Origin: a virus
Taxonomy: Duplodnaviria > Caudoviricetes
Reading direction: 5' to 3' (one strand)
Virus record (IMG/VR): IMGVR_UViG_2588253904_000003
Coordinates: 1-64,000 of that record
DNA: 64,000 bases
In this document: one piece after another, positions 20,365-30,886 of the stretch
Numbering within the stretch: position 1 is the stretch's first letter
How the letters are laid out: each line of letters opens with the position of its first letter
Translations under genes and position numbers: made by a program
Notes under the pieces: model-generated
What the model was told of the DNA's origin: nothing
Seen by the model: only the letters and a program-made list of their open reading frames with translations
Databases searched by the model: none

Positions 20365-21579
20365 TTATACTGTTTTAGGGATATATGGGATGTACTCCCA
20401 ATTTTCTATAAATAGCCGGTTGAAAAGGGCATCCATATTCCTGATAGTGTGGTATGCGTCCTTTTTCCCGGCAAATCCCCGCCATGATTGATATGCCGCC
20501 CTGATCTGCTCATAGCTCATGTGGCCCTCAGCATTCAGCTTGGCAAATTTCTTCAGCTTCCTTCTTTCCCTTGTTACAGAATCCCGGCATATTCTTTTCA
20601 CTACCTTCCCGGTATCCGTGAGCAGGAAATGTGTTTTTAAGAATGTGAAGCCCCTGCTGAGCTTCACAATTTTGGTTTTCTTATCATTGAGCCGTATTCC
20701 CAATGATTCATATATTTTTCGCACCTCTTCCAGTATCTCCTTCAGGTATTCCTTATCAATGTGAATGATATATGAATCATCCATATACCTGGCATATGGC
20801 CGGATCCCTTTTTCGTCCTTCACATAATGATCCACTTTATCAGGATAAGAAACGGCACATATTTGGCAGACTTCACTCCCTAATCCCAGGCCCCTGGCAT
20901 ACTCTTCACCGTACTCCATGGCCGCCTCTTTAAATTGTGCCATTTCCTTCATTTTCTCCTCAGCAAAGGCATCAATAAATTGCTCTGCAAGGTGAATGAT
21001 CCTCTGATCCGTGAATTTGCTCCGGATCTGCTCCTTCATTTTGTCATGTGGGATACTTGCAAAATAATCTTTCAGATCTATTTGCAGGATATAGCCCTCA
21101 TTTCCATATTTTGCATAATGCTCCTGCAAATGAAGCGTGATCCGGTCAATGGCATGGCTGATTCCCATACCCTTCCTGGATGCTCCGTTGTCATATATCA
21201 GACTATTGGAGAGTACCGGCATGAGTGCATTTTGTGAGAGGCTCTTCTGAGGCACACGCTCAGAGAAATGCACACTCTGAATATGCCTCAGCTTTCCCCT
21301 CTCCACCAAATCAAAGGCAATGAATCCCTTTCGGACATCCTCACCATTGATCAGTGCATTATGAGTTTTACAAAGGTTTCTGCTCAGCTCGGATCTGTAC
21401 CGCTGCACACTGGCTTTTCACCCCACTCCCTTCCTGGCATCCTTGTATGCCTGGTAAAGTGAGTTATAATCTGCCACCCGTTCAAAATTATCATATTCGG
21501 ATAGCCTCTCCCTCCGGTGTGCCTCCCTGGCCTCTCTCCTTCGCTGAGCTCTGCCCGCTCTTCTTTCTTCACTTGTCAT
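20365..21579 (-). pseudogene. DGR reverse transcriptase with in-frame TGA at codon 54
   Basis: DLKDYFASI, GLGLGSEVCQ, RYMDD, GFTFLK. The frame from ATG 21579 (MTSEERR...) reads ARKGVG*KASVQRY with TGA at 21420-21418; the tracked ORF 20365-21408 is the downstream part. Confidence 0.85.
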
Positions 21580-21868
21580 ATAAAATTGTGCCCATCTCCT
21601 CCTTGTACGGTATTTGTGCCCCTAACCGCATAATGGTATGGGTATGAAATGCACCTCTGCACCTTCTTTTCAGCTCCCTTCCGATTTCTGCACCATGCAA
21701 GCAGCGTACACCCACCCAAAACAAGCAAAAACCACCTCTCTGAGCACATGAGAGGCGGCAAGGTCATTTACACTTTTTTCAAAGTGACGGTCATCCACTC
21801 CTTCCTCTACCTGATACAGATTTCTGCCTTTTACAGCGTACTTTGTCGGATCGTTTATGGTAGTGAAT

Positions 21869-21988
21869 CAGACGGGCACCCGGAGAGCGTTGGAGCAACT
21901 GTTGTTGTTGGCATTGCCATTGTTGTTGACATTGCAGGCATTGGTAGAATTGCCCGCACACACAGACAGCAGCCACCAGTTGGCCCGG
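21869..21988 (-). ncRNA. DGR template repeat (TR)
   Basis: 120 bp with 12 AAY codons; differs from both VRs only at coding-strand adenines. Confidence 0.95.
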
Positions 21989-22020
21989 TGCGAAAAATAC
22001 AGCGGATAACCGATATTTCA

Positions 22021-22428
22021 TTATTTTCTTTTAACTATTTTCGTGTTGTCCTTCCAATTCTTCATCTTTCCCTCTTCCTTCAGCATTAAATTCAGGAGCG
22101 GATCAAATCGGTTCCAATCCACCGGCAAAGTAGTGGCCAGGTAATTTATGAGATCATAAATATCCCGCAAGGTGTCAATGGCCTCCTGGGCCTTTGCCTT
22201 CCTCTTCTCCACTAATTCCTCCGTGGTGCTCCATATTCTGTTAGCTGCCCGGATCTGAGTATAGAGCTTGTGGCACAGCGCACACATTGGCTTTGCAAAT
22301 ATATCCCGCCACCCTTTAGGCACTATATTGGTATTCCATACCAACCTTGTGGCCTCTGCTCTTATTTCCTCCGCAAGATCCAACACATCCAATTTCGAGG
22401 CGCTCCTGAGCCTTGCCAATACACTCAT
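22021..22428 (-). CDS. avd: DGR accessory variability determinant (Avd-like four-helix protein)
   Basis: 135 aa basic helical protein (IRAANRIW) between the target and TR/RT. Confidence 0.8.
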   Translation of the reverse strand: MSVLARLRSASKLDVLDLAEEIRAEATRLVWNTNIVPKGWRDIFAKPMCALCHKLYTQIRAANRIWSTTEELVEKRKAKAQEAIDTLRDIYDLINYLATTLPVDWNRFDPLLNLMLKEEGKMKNWKDNTKIVKRK

Positions 22429-22455
22429 GCTCTTTCCTCACTTTCGCAAATATAC

Positions 22456-22478
22456 CCCGCCCCTGGGAAGGGGGCGGG
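22456..22478 (-). promoter_or_regulatory. GC-rich hairpin downstream of VR1 (DGR target-recognition element)
   Basis: CCCGCCCC-CTTCCCA-GGGGCGGG just after the target stop codon. Confidence 0.75.
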
Positions 22479-22490
22479 ATTGATCCATGA

Positions 22491-23450
22491 TTATTCCGTG
22501 ATTCGGAAGCAGACGGGCACCCGGAGAGCGTAGGAGCAACTGTAGCTGTCGGCAATGCCATTGCCGCTGACATAGCAGGCATAGGTAGAATAGCCCGCAC
22601 ACACAGACAGCAGCCACCAGTAGGCCCGGCTTCCTCCGTCACCGGCCCCCTTGATCCGATTCTTCCAACTGTTCGCAAAAATCGGATACTGCACCGCCTG
22701 GCCTTCTCCCCATGGCTTTGTTGCCCAAATCAGTGAGCCAAACACTTCATATTCACACGGGATCCACAGTTTCCCTAAATCCTGCCACCCCCATGAGGTT
22801 GAATCATTCAGCTTTCCGGATGCGGAATATCTCTGCTCTAAAAGGAACCGCTTGGAGCTGATAACTGCCCGCACCTCTGCCGGGAGCTTTGCCTCTAATC
22901 CGGCCAGGAAGCTCTTCACGGTTGACTTGTTATAGGGATAAGGATCCGCTGAGGTTCCGTTGTTATCGTTTGAAGTGAACCATTGCACAGTATCCGGGTA
23001 ACAATCTTTTGAGATCCAATCAATATGCCACCCTACCTCCTGATCACAGCACCGTGTATATGTATTTATACCGGCAATCTGCATTTTGATCAGATAATTC
23101 CCCATGTAAATGGGTATATAGTCCTCTACATGCAGGCCATCAATGTTATGGGCTGCAAGCCTGGTTTTAATCCACCGCCACGGATCAGAAAATCCGGCAA
23201 TCTCCTCAGCAAATTCCACTGTAAGATCCCGTCCCTCATAGGTGCGATCTGCTGCCTCTATGGCATAATTGGTATGCTTATTCTCAAAATTGATCTGCTC
23301 TGCACCGTATTCATCCCCTTCCTGGGTGTACGGTGTTACGTCATTATAGCTCTTGGTGCCATCCTCGTTCTGCACCTCTCCAAACTTGCGATCTGCCGCA
23401 AGCTCTTTGTTGATCACGTCATCCACATAATCTGTTTTTAATACTGACAT
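22491..23450 (-). CDS. DGR target 1: tail-associated receptor-binding-type protein with C-terminal variable domain (DUF6273/CLec-like)
   Basis: Last gene of the tail module; VR1 at its 3' end. Confidence 0.85.
   Translation of the reverse strand: MSVLKTDYVDDVINKELAADRKFGEVQNEDGTKSYNDVTPYTQEGDEYGAEQINFENKHTNYAIEAADRTYEGRDLTVEFAEEIAGFSDPWRWIKTRLAAHNIDGLHVEDYIPIYMGNYLIKMQIAGINTYTRCCDQEVGWHIDWISKDCYPDTVQWFTSNDNNGTSADPYPYNKSTVKSFLAGLEAKLPAEVRAVISSKRFLLEQRYSASGKLNDSTSWGWQDLGKLWIPCEYEVFGSLIWATKPWGEGQAVQYPIFANSWKNRIKGAGDGGSRAYWWLLSVCAGYSTYACYVSGNGIADSYSCSYALRVPVCFRITE
22510..22629 (-). repeat. DGR variable repeat VR1
   Basis: 12 mismatches to TR over 120 bp, all at TR adenines. Confidence 0.95.
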
Positions 23451-23459
23451 AATGCCCTC

Positions 23460-24230
23460 CTATTCGTTAAATAAATGATTGCCGCCCAATCTCCTGGGCA
23501 GCGTTCTTTTTCTTTTCGGCTCCCGTGGATTCCCAAATGGGAAATATTCACGGCCCGTAATTAAAGGCAACCTCCTCTCTCTGATTTCTTTTTCTTCCTC
23601 CCGTGGTATCTCCGGATCCTTCAGCGGGAAATACTGATCACCCAACCTGAAGGGAAGCCTTCTCAATTCTGTTACCACCTGAGGCTCTTCATATGCTGAA
23701 GGGGCTTTGAATGGATAATATGCCCCGCCCAACCTTGTGCCCAATCCAAAGGGGAGCCTGAGCCGCTCCGGCTCTTTTGGCCGTGGTATCCTTGGATTCT
23801 TCAAGGGATAATAAAAAGCCCCCAAACGAAAAGGGAGCTTTACTGGCCGTGTGTAGAGGTTCCACATAACCTCATACAGCTTCAGGCAGGCCGATTCTAA
23901 CCGGTTTAGATCGTCATAGCCAATAAATGCACCATTCTCCTCATATACCGTTTTTTGGCCTATCTCGCAATTTACAAAGGCATTGATCGCCTCCAAATTA
24001 TCTGAAAGAGTGTTTATTTCATCAGCAAAAGGGTATTCCTCATATTTCCGATCCGGCATTGCCCTCACAAATACCGGCCAAAACTTACGGGCCACGGCCC
24101 CCAAAAATTCAATATTATTCTTGATCCGGTTAAAGTCCACGGTGTTGAAATAATCCCCGGCATAGTTCCCGGCTTCATCCTGCCGGGCCATCCAGTCTGT
24201 TTTTGGTGTTATCCATTCCATTTCACACAT
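23460..24230 (-). CDS. Tail-associated protein with repeated LPFRLG-x-YP C-terminal units
   Basis: WITPKTDW...DFNRIKNN N-terminus; 4-5 Pro/Arg-rich repeats. Confidence 0.65.
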   Translation of the reverse strand: MCEMEWITPKTDWMARQDEAGNYAGDYFNTVDFNRIKNNIEFLGAVARKFWPVFVRAMPDRKYEEYPFADEINTLSDNLEAINAFVNCEIGQKTVYEENGAFIGYDDLNRLESACLKLYEVMWNLYTRPVKLPFRLGAFYYPLKNPRIPRPKEPERLRLPFGLGTRLGGAYYPFKAPSAYEEPQVVTELRRLPFRLGDQYFPLKDPEIPREEEKEIRERRLPLITGREYFPFGNPREPKRKRTLPRRLGGNHLFNE

Positions 24231-26463
24231 GCCTCCTTGCCACCAGTGTGCCGCTCAGGGCCCCGGAATAGTTCAGGCCTACATCTTCAAGCCTTATCAT
24301 TAAATTCTCTACATACCGGCTTTCTAGGTATGCAAGATCATTGGTATCCAGGATCGGATCTCCCCGGTACTTCAATTCATACTGATTGCCGCCCTTGTAG
24401 TAGGCCCCCACCCATTCCACCAGGTTCTTAGCGTCCTCTGCTGAGCTTATGAGCGGATTATTCCAGGTTTGAATGCTGCCGCTGTTATTCAGCTTTGTGG
24501 TTTCCTGAGAAGTGGTGATGTTGTACTCATATCCCCGCACCGTGATCACCGTCTTGGTATCCTTGGCCGGGGGCTTTGTGATCCTGACTTTGCACCAGTA
24601 AGAGCTACTTTCCACCACCACGGCCCCAAAATCCTGAAGAGCCTCATTTATCATGCACACCGCTGAGAGGTTATGCACCGCATTACCGAAATTTATTTCA
24701 AATTCCCTCACTTCTCCTGCTGCCAATATGGTTTCTTCCGTTGTGAGATCCTTCAGCTCTGTGCCTCTTGTGTAGATTGTTCGGATCACCCTCAGCTCCT
24801 TCACCTTTTCCAGTTTGGTGCCGTTGGGTGTGGCCGTTAGATCGTCATAGGTGAGCCTATAATCCGTCTGACTTCCAAAAAGAATCTGCTTCAGGTGGAT
24901 CCGGTTATGCGGCTTTGCCCTGGTAAATTCAATTTCTATTTTGTCGGTGTCTATAAAATCATAGTAAACTATGGTTTTTTCCGTGATACTCTTACTTTTG
25001 AACCGCTTCAGGCGCTTCCCATCGTTGAATGTGGTGATCGTAAATTCCACCGGCTGAATGCTTCCGAAAAGAAGAGTTAAGTTGTAAAAGGTATAGGCGC
25101 TTTCCATGGTGAGGGTGATCACCGGGTTCTCCTCAAAATATCCCTCCTCATTGCTTATGGATTCGCTTACATAGCCCACCTCCATGAAATTCTTCCCCCT
25201 GGGCATAAAATACTGCTGCCTGCCTACCTGGGAATAATTCTGCTCAAATGCTGCATATTCAGAATATGGCCGCTCTTTCAGCAGGCACTCAATACTGCCG
25301 TACTCTGCCACCTGGTTTGCCGCCACCTCCTTCTCCGGCTCAAAAGAGGATTTCAGCATGATAATTCCATCCCGGTTTTGCATCACCACGCTTCTCCCGG
25401 CATTGGCAATGAGCTGAAGGCATTCCTTGTGTTTCACCATGGGCAGCGGATTGTATACTATAACCTTTTTCAGATATGGATCGATCCAGTACCCCTCCGG
25501 GAGCACACCCGCATCCTCAAACACGTCCACCGCCAAATCAAAAAGAGAGATACCTTCAGGCCGGTACTCTCCCCTTTTATATTCATCATTCATATACTCA
25601 AAAATATCCACAGCGCCAAACTTTGCCAGTTTATCATCAGCACTCCACTCCTGCATGAAGAGAGTGCCTCCCTTTACCCACTCAATGCTTCCATTGTTCA
25701 GGGTGTACCCGTAATATACAGCCATTTCCTGGCCGGTTTCCATGTAGTTGATGGCACTGTCATCATTATCCACATTATAGTATTTATCCATGTTTTCTAT
25801 GGTCACGCTAAAGTCAACGCTTGGCAGGCTCTCCGATATAGGGGAAATGTGGCTCTTCATTTCAGCGCTCACTATCTTCTCATTGTCAAACGTGATTCCG
25901 ATCCCAAATACGATATTTAGGATCCGGAACCTGGCGATCCCGTTTTTCATTTTCCTTGGATATATTTTCATAAATGTGGTGTTGTTGAAGGTGTCCTCTG
26001 TCTTGAATGTGGGTGAATCGTTCTCATAGTTGAAAATGCCTTCATCCGTTTCCACCGTGAGCTCCACCGGGTAAGCCTCCCCCAATTCCAGGGTGAGGCC
26101 CTTTATATCCAATGGATCCAGTGTATTGAAATGAATGATAACCACCGGCTGCTGCCCCTGGCCGCATAATGCCTCTGTTACCATACCGGCATTATAAAAG
26201 CTCTTCCCCGGCCCATTCCTGGGCAGGAAATACATGGAGCGATCCACCTTTGAAAAATCATTCTCATAGGTTGCATAGATTTTATTCACCGCCTCTGTGC
26301 TCAGAGGCTTAATGAGATCGGCAAAATATGTATATCCTACATTCTGCACCTCTGCCGCCGTTTGGGCCGCCTGGTTTATCAGGCCCAGGCTGATCCTCAT
26401 ATATGATTTATTGCGGGCCGCCTGCTTCATGCCCTCCTTGTACTCGGTACTTACATATTGCAT
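24223..26463 (-). CDS. Tail tip/baseplate hub protein
   Basis: 746 aa, position after the Dit-like gene, YRGDP motif near the C-terminus. Confidence 0.65.
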   Translation of the reverse strand: MQYVSTEYKEGMKQAARNKSYMRISLGLINQAAQTAAEVQNVGYTYFADLIKPLSTEAVNKIYATYENDFSKVDRSMYFLPRNGPGKSFYNAGMVTEALCGQGQQPVVIIHFNTLDPLDIKGLTLELGEAYPVELTVETDEGIFNYENDSPTFKTEDTFNNTTFMKIYPRKMKNGIARFRILNIVFGIGITFDNEKIVSAEMKSHISPISESLPSVDFSVTIENMDKYYNVDNDDSAINYMETGQEMAVYYGYTLNNGSIEWVKGGTLFMQEWSADDKLAKFGAVDIFEYMNDEYKRGEYRPEGISLFDLAVDVFEDAGVLPEGYWIDPYLKKVIVYNPLPMVKHKECLQLIANAGRSVVMQNRDGIIMLKSSFEPEKEVAANQVAEYGSIECLLKERPYSEYAAFEQNYSQVGRQQYFMPRGKNFMEVGYVSESISNEEGYFEENPVITLTMESAYTFYNLTLLFGSIQPVEFTITTFNDGKRLKRFKSKSITEKTIVYYDFIDTDKIEIEFTRAKPHNRIHLKQILFGSQTDYRLTYDDLTATPNGTKLEKVKELRVIRTIYTRGTELKDLTTEETILAAGEVREFEINFGNAVHNLSAVCMINEALQDFGAVVVESSSYWCKVRITKPPAKDTKTVITVRGYEYNITTSQETTKLNNSGSIQTWNNPLISSAEDAKNLVEWVGAYYKGGNQYELKYRGDPILDTNDLAYLESRYVENLMIRLEDVGLNYSGALSGTLVARRHV

Positions 26464-26473
26464 ACTGCATCAC

Positions 26474-26845
26474 CTACATTTCAATTAAGTTTACTGTAAA
26501 ATCTTTATATACCGGCCTCCCCTCCTCATAGGTGTAAATGGGTGTTTTTCTATCCCCGGCATACATTTCCAGGCTTCCTCCGGCATTTTGATCCGGTATG
26601 AAAAAATTCACGCTCAGCCCAAACTTTTTCTTTATTGCCCGCCTTATTACCATGTATTCATCCGGCCTGAGCACGAACCATTTACACTCAATTTTATGCA
26701 CGTCCTCCCGTATGATCTGAGATACCATTTTCCCGTTGGCATTTCTCTCACTCTCCGATATGTCATAATCGGATATAGTCATCTGAGAGGGATCGGGGAG
26801 AGATACCCCGCCCACAATCAGAATATTATGATATTTTGCCGCCAT
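26474..26845 (-). CDS. Distal tail-like protein
   Basis: 123 aa directly after the TMP; RNANG...MYAGDR...NLIEM. Confidence 0.6.
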   Translation of the reverse strand: MAAKYHNILIVGGVSLPDPSQMTISDYDISESERNANGKMVSQIIREDVHKIECKWFVLRPDEYMVIRRAIKKKFGLSVNFFIPDQNAGGSLEMYAGDRKTPIYTYEEGRPVYKDFTVNLIEM

Positions 26846-26863
26846 GCGTTCTCTCTCCCCTCC

Positions 26864-29800
26864 TTATGCGTTGGCCATCTGATAGCCTTTTCTCCGTCTG
26901 TATTTGTCTGTTTGTTCCACCAGTGTTTTACTGTCAAGCAATACGGTTGTGTGAATTGTCTGCCACTCCTCAGCGCCATCCATTTCTCCAATGATAGCCC
27001 TCAGATTCATTGAGATAATTTCCCCAATCCTGGCCGCCACCTTATCCATCCATCCGGTGTTGTTTTCAAGTGGCACAACCGCCTCCTGCCCGGCCTCTCC
27101 TACCATTGCAATAGTGGCCTGGTCTACCACACCGCCCTTTGCAAGCCTTGGAATGGATATATTGCCTATTGTGGAGATATTAAAGCCAAATGTTTTCCCT
27201 CCTATCTCCGGCACCCAATCCGGCACATCAAAGCTCAGGTTATTCAGCGCCCGGATCATTCCGTTAATACCATTGATCACTCCGTTTGCCATTTTCTCAA
27301 TTCCTCCAATTATGGAATTTATCACCCCTTTTATAGAGCTCCAAATGCCATTGAAGATATTGATCACCGTGGTTTTCATGCTCTCCCACATATTACTCCA
27401 CGTTGTTTTGATACTGCTCAGGGCTGTGCTTATTCCGCTCTGAATCGTTCCCATTATCGTGGTGATCGTGCTCTTTATAGCATTGAAAATGGTATTTACG
27501 GTTGTTTTGATACTATTCAGGATTGTGCTAAAAGTGGTTTTGATACTATTCAGCACAGTGCTGATCGTAGTGCTCACCGCATTTATGATTGTGGTGATCG
27601 TGCTCTTTATGGCATTGAAAACCGTTGTAACTGTATTTTTTATACTTTCCAGTATCGTGCTGAATGTAGTCTTGATCGCATTCAGTACGGTGCTGAGTGT
27701 GGTGCTTATTGTGTTTATGGTTGTGGTTATGAAGGCCTTGATTGCATTGAATACGGTTGTAACTGTATTTTTTATGCTTTCCAGTATTGTGCTGAATGTA
27801 GTCTTGATGATATTCAACACAGTGCTGAGCGTGGTGCTTATGGTATTGATTGTTGTAGTTATGAAGGTTTTGATTGCATTAAAAATTGTTGTTACTGTAT
27901 TCTTTATGCTCTCAAAAATCGTGCTGAAGGTTGTTTTTATCGCATTCAGTACAGTGCTTATGATCGTGCTTATCGTGTTGATCGTGGTGCTGATTATGCT
28001 TTTTATGGCATTCCACACTGTATTTATGAGAGTTTTGATCGCCTCCCAAATGGTTGAAAAAATGGTTTTGATTGTGTTCAGCACCGCACTGATAACTGAA
28101 GAGATTACTCCCAGGGCCGTGGAAATAATGGCCTTGATCGCACTCCACACAGCGCTCACTATATTCTTTATGGCATCCCATATTGCAGAGAAAAAGGTTT
28201 TAATTCCTTCCCATGCCCTCTGCCAGTCACCAGTAAACACTCCGGCTATAAAATCAATCAGGCCGCCCAATGCGTCAAATATATTCCCGATCACATCAGC
28301 AACCACACCGGCCACTGTCAGGAAAACACTTCCCACCGTATCCAGGGCCGCCGCTATGTACGGGGCCACCGTGGCAATAAACCACTCAATGAATGGCTGA
28401 AGCGTCTGCTCCCAAATATCCTTTATTGCATCCGCTATCTTTCCGATCAGTTCCAGGCCCTTGTTAATTGCGGGCTGTATGTGTTCATCAATCAGCGGCT
28501 TCACCTTCGCCTGAAGGCCTTCCAGTACCGGGAGAATATATGAGTTATATGCATCCAGTAATTTCCCGGTTATGCTGCTGAGCCCTGCTGCCAGTGAGCT
28601 GAACATGGGGGCCACATGCTGATCGTACACCTCATTCGCCTTGCTAAAGGTGTCATCCACCACTTGCTTGATATTCCCCAAAAAGCCGCTCAGCACTCCC
28701 AGGGTGCCATTCAGGGCCGTTTTAAATTTATCCTGATTATCTATAAAGGGCCTTGTGATTATATCCGTTATATCCCGGTACAGCTTAGCCCCGATCTCGG
28801 CTGCACCCATGGCCGCATTGGCAAAAATCCCTATTATGTTGGCCGTTACCTGCTGCCCGTTCTCTCTTCCAAATACAGAGAAGATATTGGCCGCCGCCTG
28901 AGCAAAATCCCCCTGCATCTTCACAATTTCTGAGCTTATATCAAACATGCTAACAATGTGCTGCTTGATCCGCTCTTTGTTCTGATCCAGGTACTTATTC
29001 AGGCCGCCCAATAGGTTTGTGGCTATCGTGATCCCTATGCTCGCCGCCGCTCCTGCCTGCTGCCCCAAAGAATAGGCCCATGTATTCAGGAAATTATTGG
29101 CCGCTTGCAATACGGCGGGATCCGTCCAAATCTCTTTCAGGCTCTTCTTAATTCCTTCAATGGCCTGCTTTAAAGGCTCCAGGGTTACATCTCCCAGGCC
29201 TGCCTTAAATCCCTTCTTGAAGAGCTCGGCAAGCTCCTTCATCCGGTTCCAAATCTTTTCCAGTACCGGGTTCAGTGTTGCGTCTGCTTCGTTTGCTGCA
29301 TCCACAATACTCTCTGAGAGCGCTCCTCCTGAAGCTCCTCCTCCACCGCCTCCCCCGGATCCGTCGCTTCCGCTGTCCTCTGCTGCCTTTGTAAGGCTGT
29401 GAATTTCATCAAAGGAAGCCAGGCCATGAAAAGCCTCCTCTGCCTTTTTTGCGGATTTCCCGGCCTTATCCGTGGCCCCTGAGAGGCTTCCCGCTGAATC
29501 CGTTGCTGAATCCAGGGCCCCTCCCATTTCATTCACTGAGGTTGTGGTTTTGGTATTCTTTCCGGTGATCTTCGCTATGAAATTGCTGAAGGCATCGGTT
29601 ACGGTCAAAATCTTTGCAAGTAGCTGATTGAGCACCCGGATCACCGGTGTTAATACAGCAATAAGTCCCTGCCCAATGGCCGCCTTTAAAGCATTAAATC
29701 TCTCAGTAAGCACCCGCACCTGGTTAGCCCACCCATCTGAAGTGCGGGCAAAATCGCCTTGTGCGTCCTTTGTCACTGATAACAGATAGTTGTACCTGAG

Positions 29801-30424
29801 GATCGCCTGCTCCTGCTGTGACATTGCATTATAAGCCTTTGTTATTCCCTGGCTGAGTGCGTATGCCTCCATATTGGCCACGGACATATTGATCCCCAAC
29901 TGCTTCAGCGGTTCGGTTTCTCCTGATATTCCGGCCCGGATCTTCTCAAATGCCGCATCATTTTCCAGGTTATAAAAAGAGGCCATATCTGCCGCAAGCC
30001 CCGCCATTTCCATAGACATTTCAGCCGCCTGGTTTGTGGCTATTCCCATGGATTTCAGCATCGCCCCTAATGTTGAGGTGTACTTCTTTGCGCTTGTTTC
30101 AGATAGGCCAAATTGTTCAAGTGCATCCCTGGCAAAATGGTTGATTGTTTCAGACATGGCCCCAAACGTGACATCCACCACGTTCTGCACCTCTGCAAGG
30201 GCAGAGCCCAACTCAATGCAGCTCTTTCCAAAACTGATCAGTGCCGTTACAGAAAAAGCAACGGCCACCGCCTTCCCAATCTTGCCAAATGCACTCTTTA
30301 TTTTTTCTGTTTGTCTTTCAACTGCACTGGTTGCTTTTTTGGTCTGCTGCTGTACTTTTTGCAGCTCCTCATAGTATGCCCGTGTTTGGGCCTCAATGAT
30401 TACTTGCAGCCGTTCCAGCGTCAT
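26864..30424 (-). CDS. Prophage tape-measure protein
   Basis: AGISGETEPLKQLGI, long 11-residue periodic Thr/Ile-rich repeats, PRLAKGG...VGEAGQEAVVPL. Confidence 0.9.
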   Translation of the reverse strand: MTLERLQVIIEAQTRAYYEELQKVQQQTKKATSAVERQTEKIKSAFGKIGKAVAVAFSVTALISFGKSCIELGSALAEVQNVVDVTFGAMSETINHFARDALEQFGLSETSAKKYTSTLGAMLKSMGIATNQAAEMSMEMAGLAADMASFYNLENDAAFEKIRAGISGETEPLKQLGINMSVANMEAYALSQGITKAYNAMSQQEQAILRYNYLLSVTKDAQGDFARTSDGWANQVRVLTERFNALKAAIGQGLIAVLTPVIRVLNQLLAKILTVTDAFSNFIAKITGKNTKTTTSVNEMGGALDSATDSAGSLSGATDKAGKSAKKAEEAFHGLASFDEIHSLTKAAEDSGSDGSGGGGGGGASGGALSESIVDAANEADATLNPVLEKIWNRMKELAELFKKGFKAGLGDVTLEPLKQAIEGIKKSLKEIWTDPAVLQAANNFLNTWAYSLGQQAGAAASIGITIATNLLGGLNKYLDQNKERIKQHIVSMFDISSEIVKMQGDFAQAAANIFSVFGRENGQQVTANIIGIFANAAMGAAEIGAKLYRDITDIITRPFIDNQDKFKTALNGTLGVLSGFLGNIKQVVDDTFSKANEVYDQHVAPMFSSLAAGLSSITGKLLDAYNSYILPVLEGLQAKVKPLIDEHIQPAINKGLELIGKIADAIKDIWEQTLQPFIEWFIATVAPYIAAALDTVGSVFLTVAGVVADVIGNIFDALGGLIDFIAGVFTGDWQRAWEGIKTFFSAIWDAIKNIVSAVWSAIKAIISTALGVISSVISAVLNTIKTIFSTIWEAIKTLINTVWNAIKSIISTTINTISTIISTVLNAIKTTFSTIFESIKNTVTTIFNAIKTFITTTINTISTTLSTVLNIIKTTFSTILESIKNTVTTVFNAIKAFITTTINTISTTLSTVLNAIKTTFSTILESIKNTVTTVFNAIKSTITTIINAVSTTISTVLNSIKTTFSTILNSIKTTVNTIFNAIKSTITTIMGTIQSGISTALSSIKTTWSNMWESMKTTVINIFNGIWSSIKGVINSIIGGIEKMANGVINGINGMIRALNNLSFDVPDWVPEIGGKTFGFNISTIGNISIPRLAKGGVVDQATIAMVGEAGQEAVVPLENNTGWMDKVAARIGEIISMNLRAIIGEMDGAEEWQTIHTTVLLDSKTLVEQTDKYRRRKGYQMANA

Positions 30425-30857
30425 TCCTTCCACTGTTCTCTTCACCTCGCTCCTTGGCCAATCGTTCCCTCATAGCCATGTTGTGCCTGAAGATAAAGTC
30501 ATCCATTCTTGCCTTGTGTAACTCCATTTCCGGGCTCAGTTTGCGCTTATCCCCTGCATCTTCCTGCTCGGTGAAATTTGTCTTTTCCTCCTCATTTCCA
30601 AATAATTCCGGGTAATATTCTTTCGGGAGCCGGATCGCCACTTTATTATCCATAAGCCTGCCAACCACATTGCCGATCTGAAGGGCCTGGTTGAAGAGGA
30701 GCATGATCTGATCCTTCAGTTCTGCCTCCCGTTTCTTCTGTTCGTGCTCTTTCCTCCTGGCATAGCTTTCCAGGAGATCGCTCACCTCTCCAAAACTCAG
30801 CTCCCAAAAATATTCAGGGCCATACCCGGCATCTAAAAATACCGGATACAGCCCCAT
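30393..30857 (-). CDS. Tail assembly chaperone (downstream part)
   Basis: FWELSFGEV motif; lies between the chaperone gene and the TMP. Confidence 0.6.
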   Translation of the reverse strand: MGLYPVFLDAGYGPEYFWELSFGEVSDLLESYARRKEHEQKKREAELKDQIMLLFNQALQIGNVVGRLMDNKVAIRLPKEYYPELFGNEEEKTNFTEQEDAGDKRKLSPEMELHKARMDDFIFRHNMAMRERLAKERGEENSGRNDAGTAASNH

Positions 30858-30886
30858 TATTGCCTCTGATACTGATTCAGGCTCTT

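Noticed and set aside
20365-21408. Group II intron or retron RT
   Set aside because: No maturase or endonuclease extension seen; adjacent avd, TR and adenine-variant VRs identify a DGR
21791-22021. 76 aa Gln-rich ORF, and the 46584-46829 and 22316-22678 ORFs, as genes
   Set aside because: They are alternative-frame translations of TR and VR sequence
27459-28400. 313 aa hydrophobic plus-strand ORF
   Set aside because: Antisense shadow of the periodic repeats in the prophage TMP
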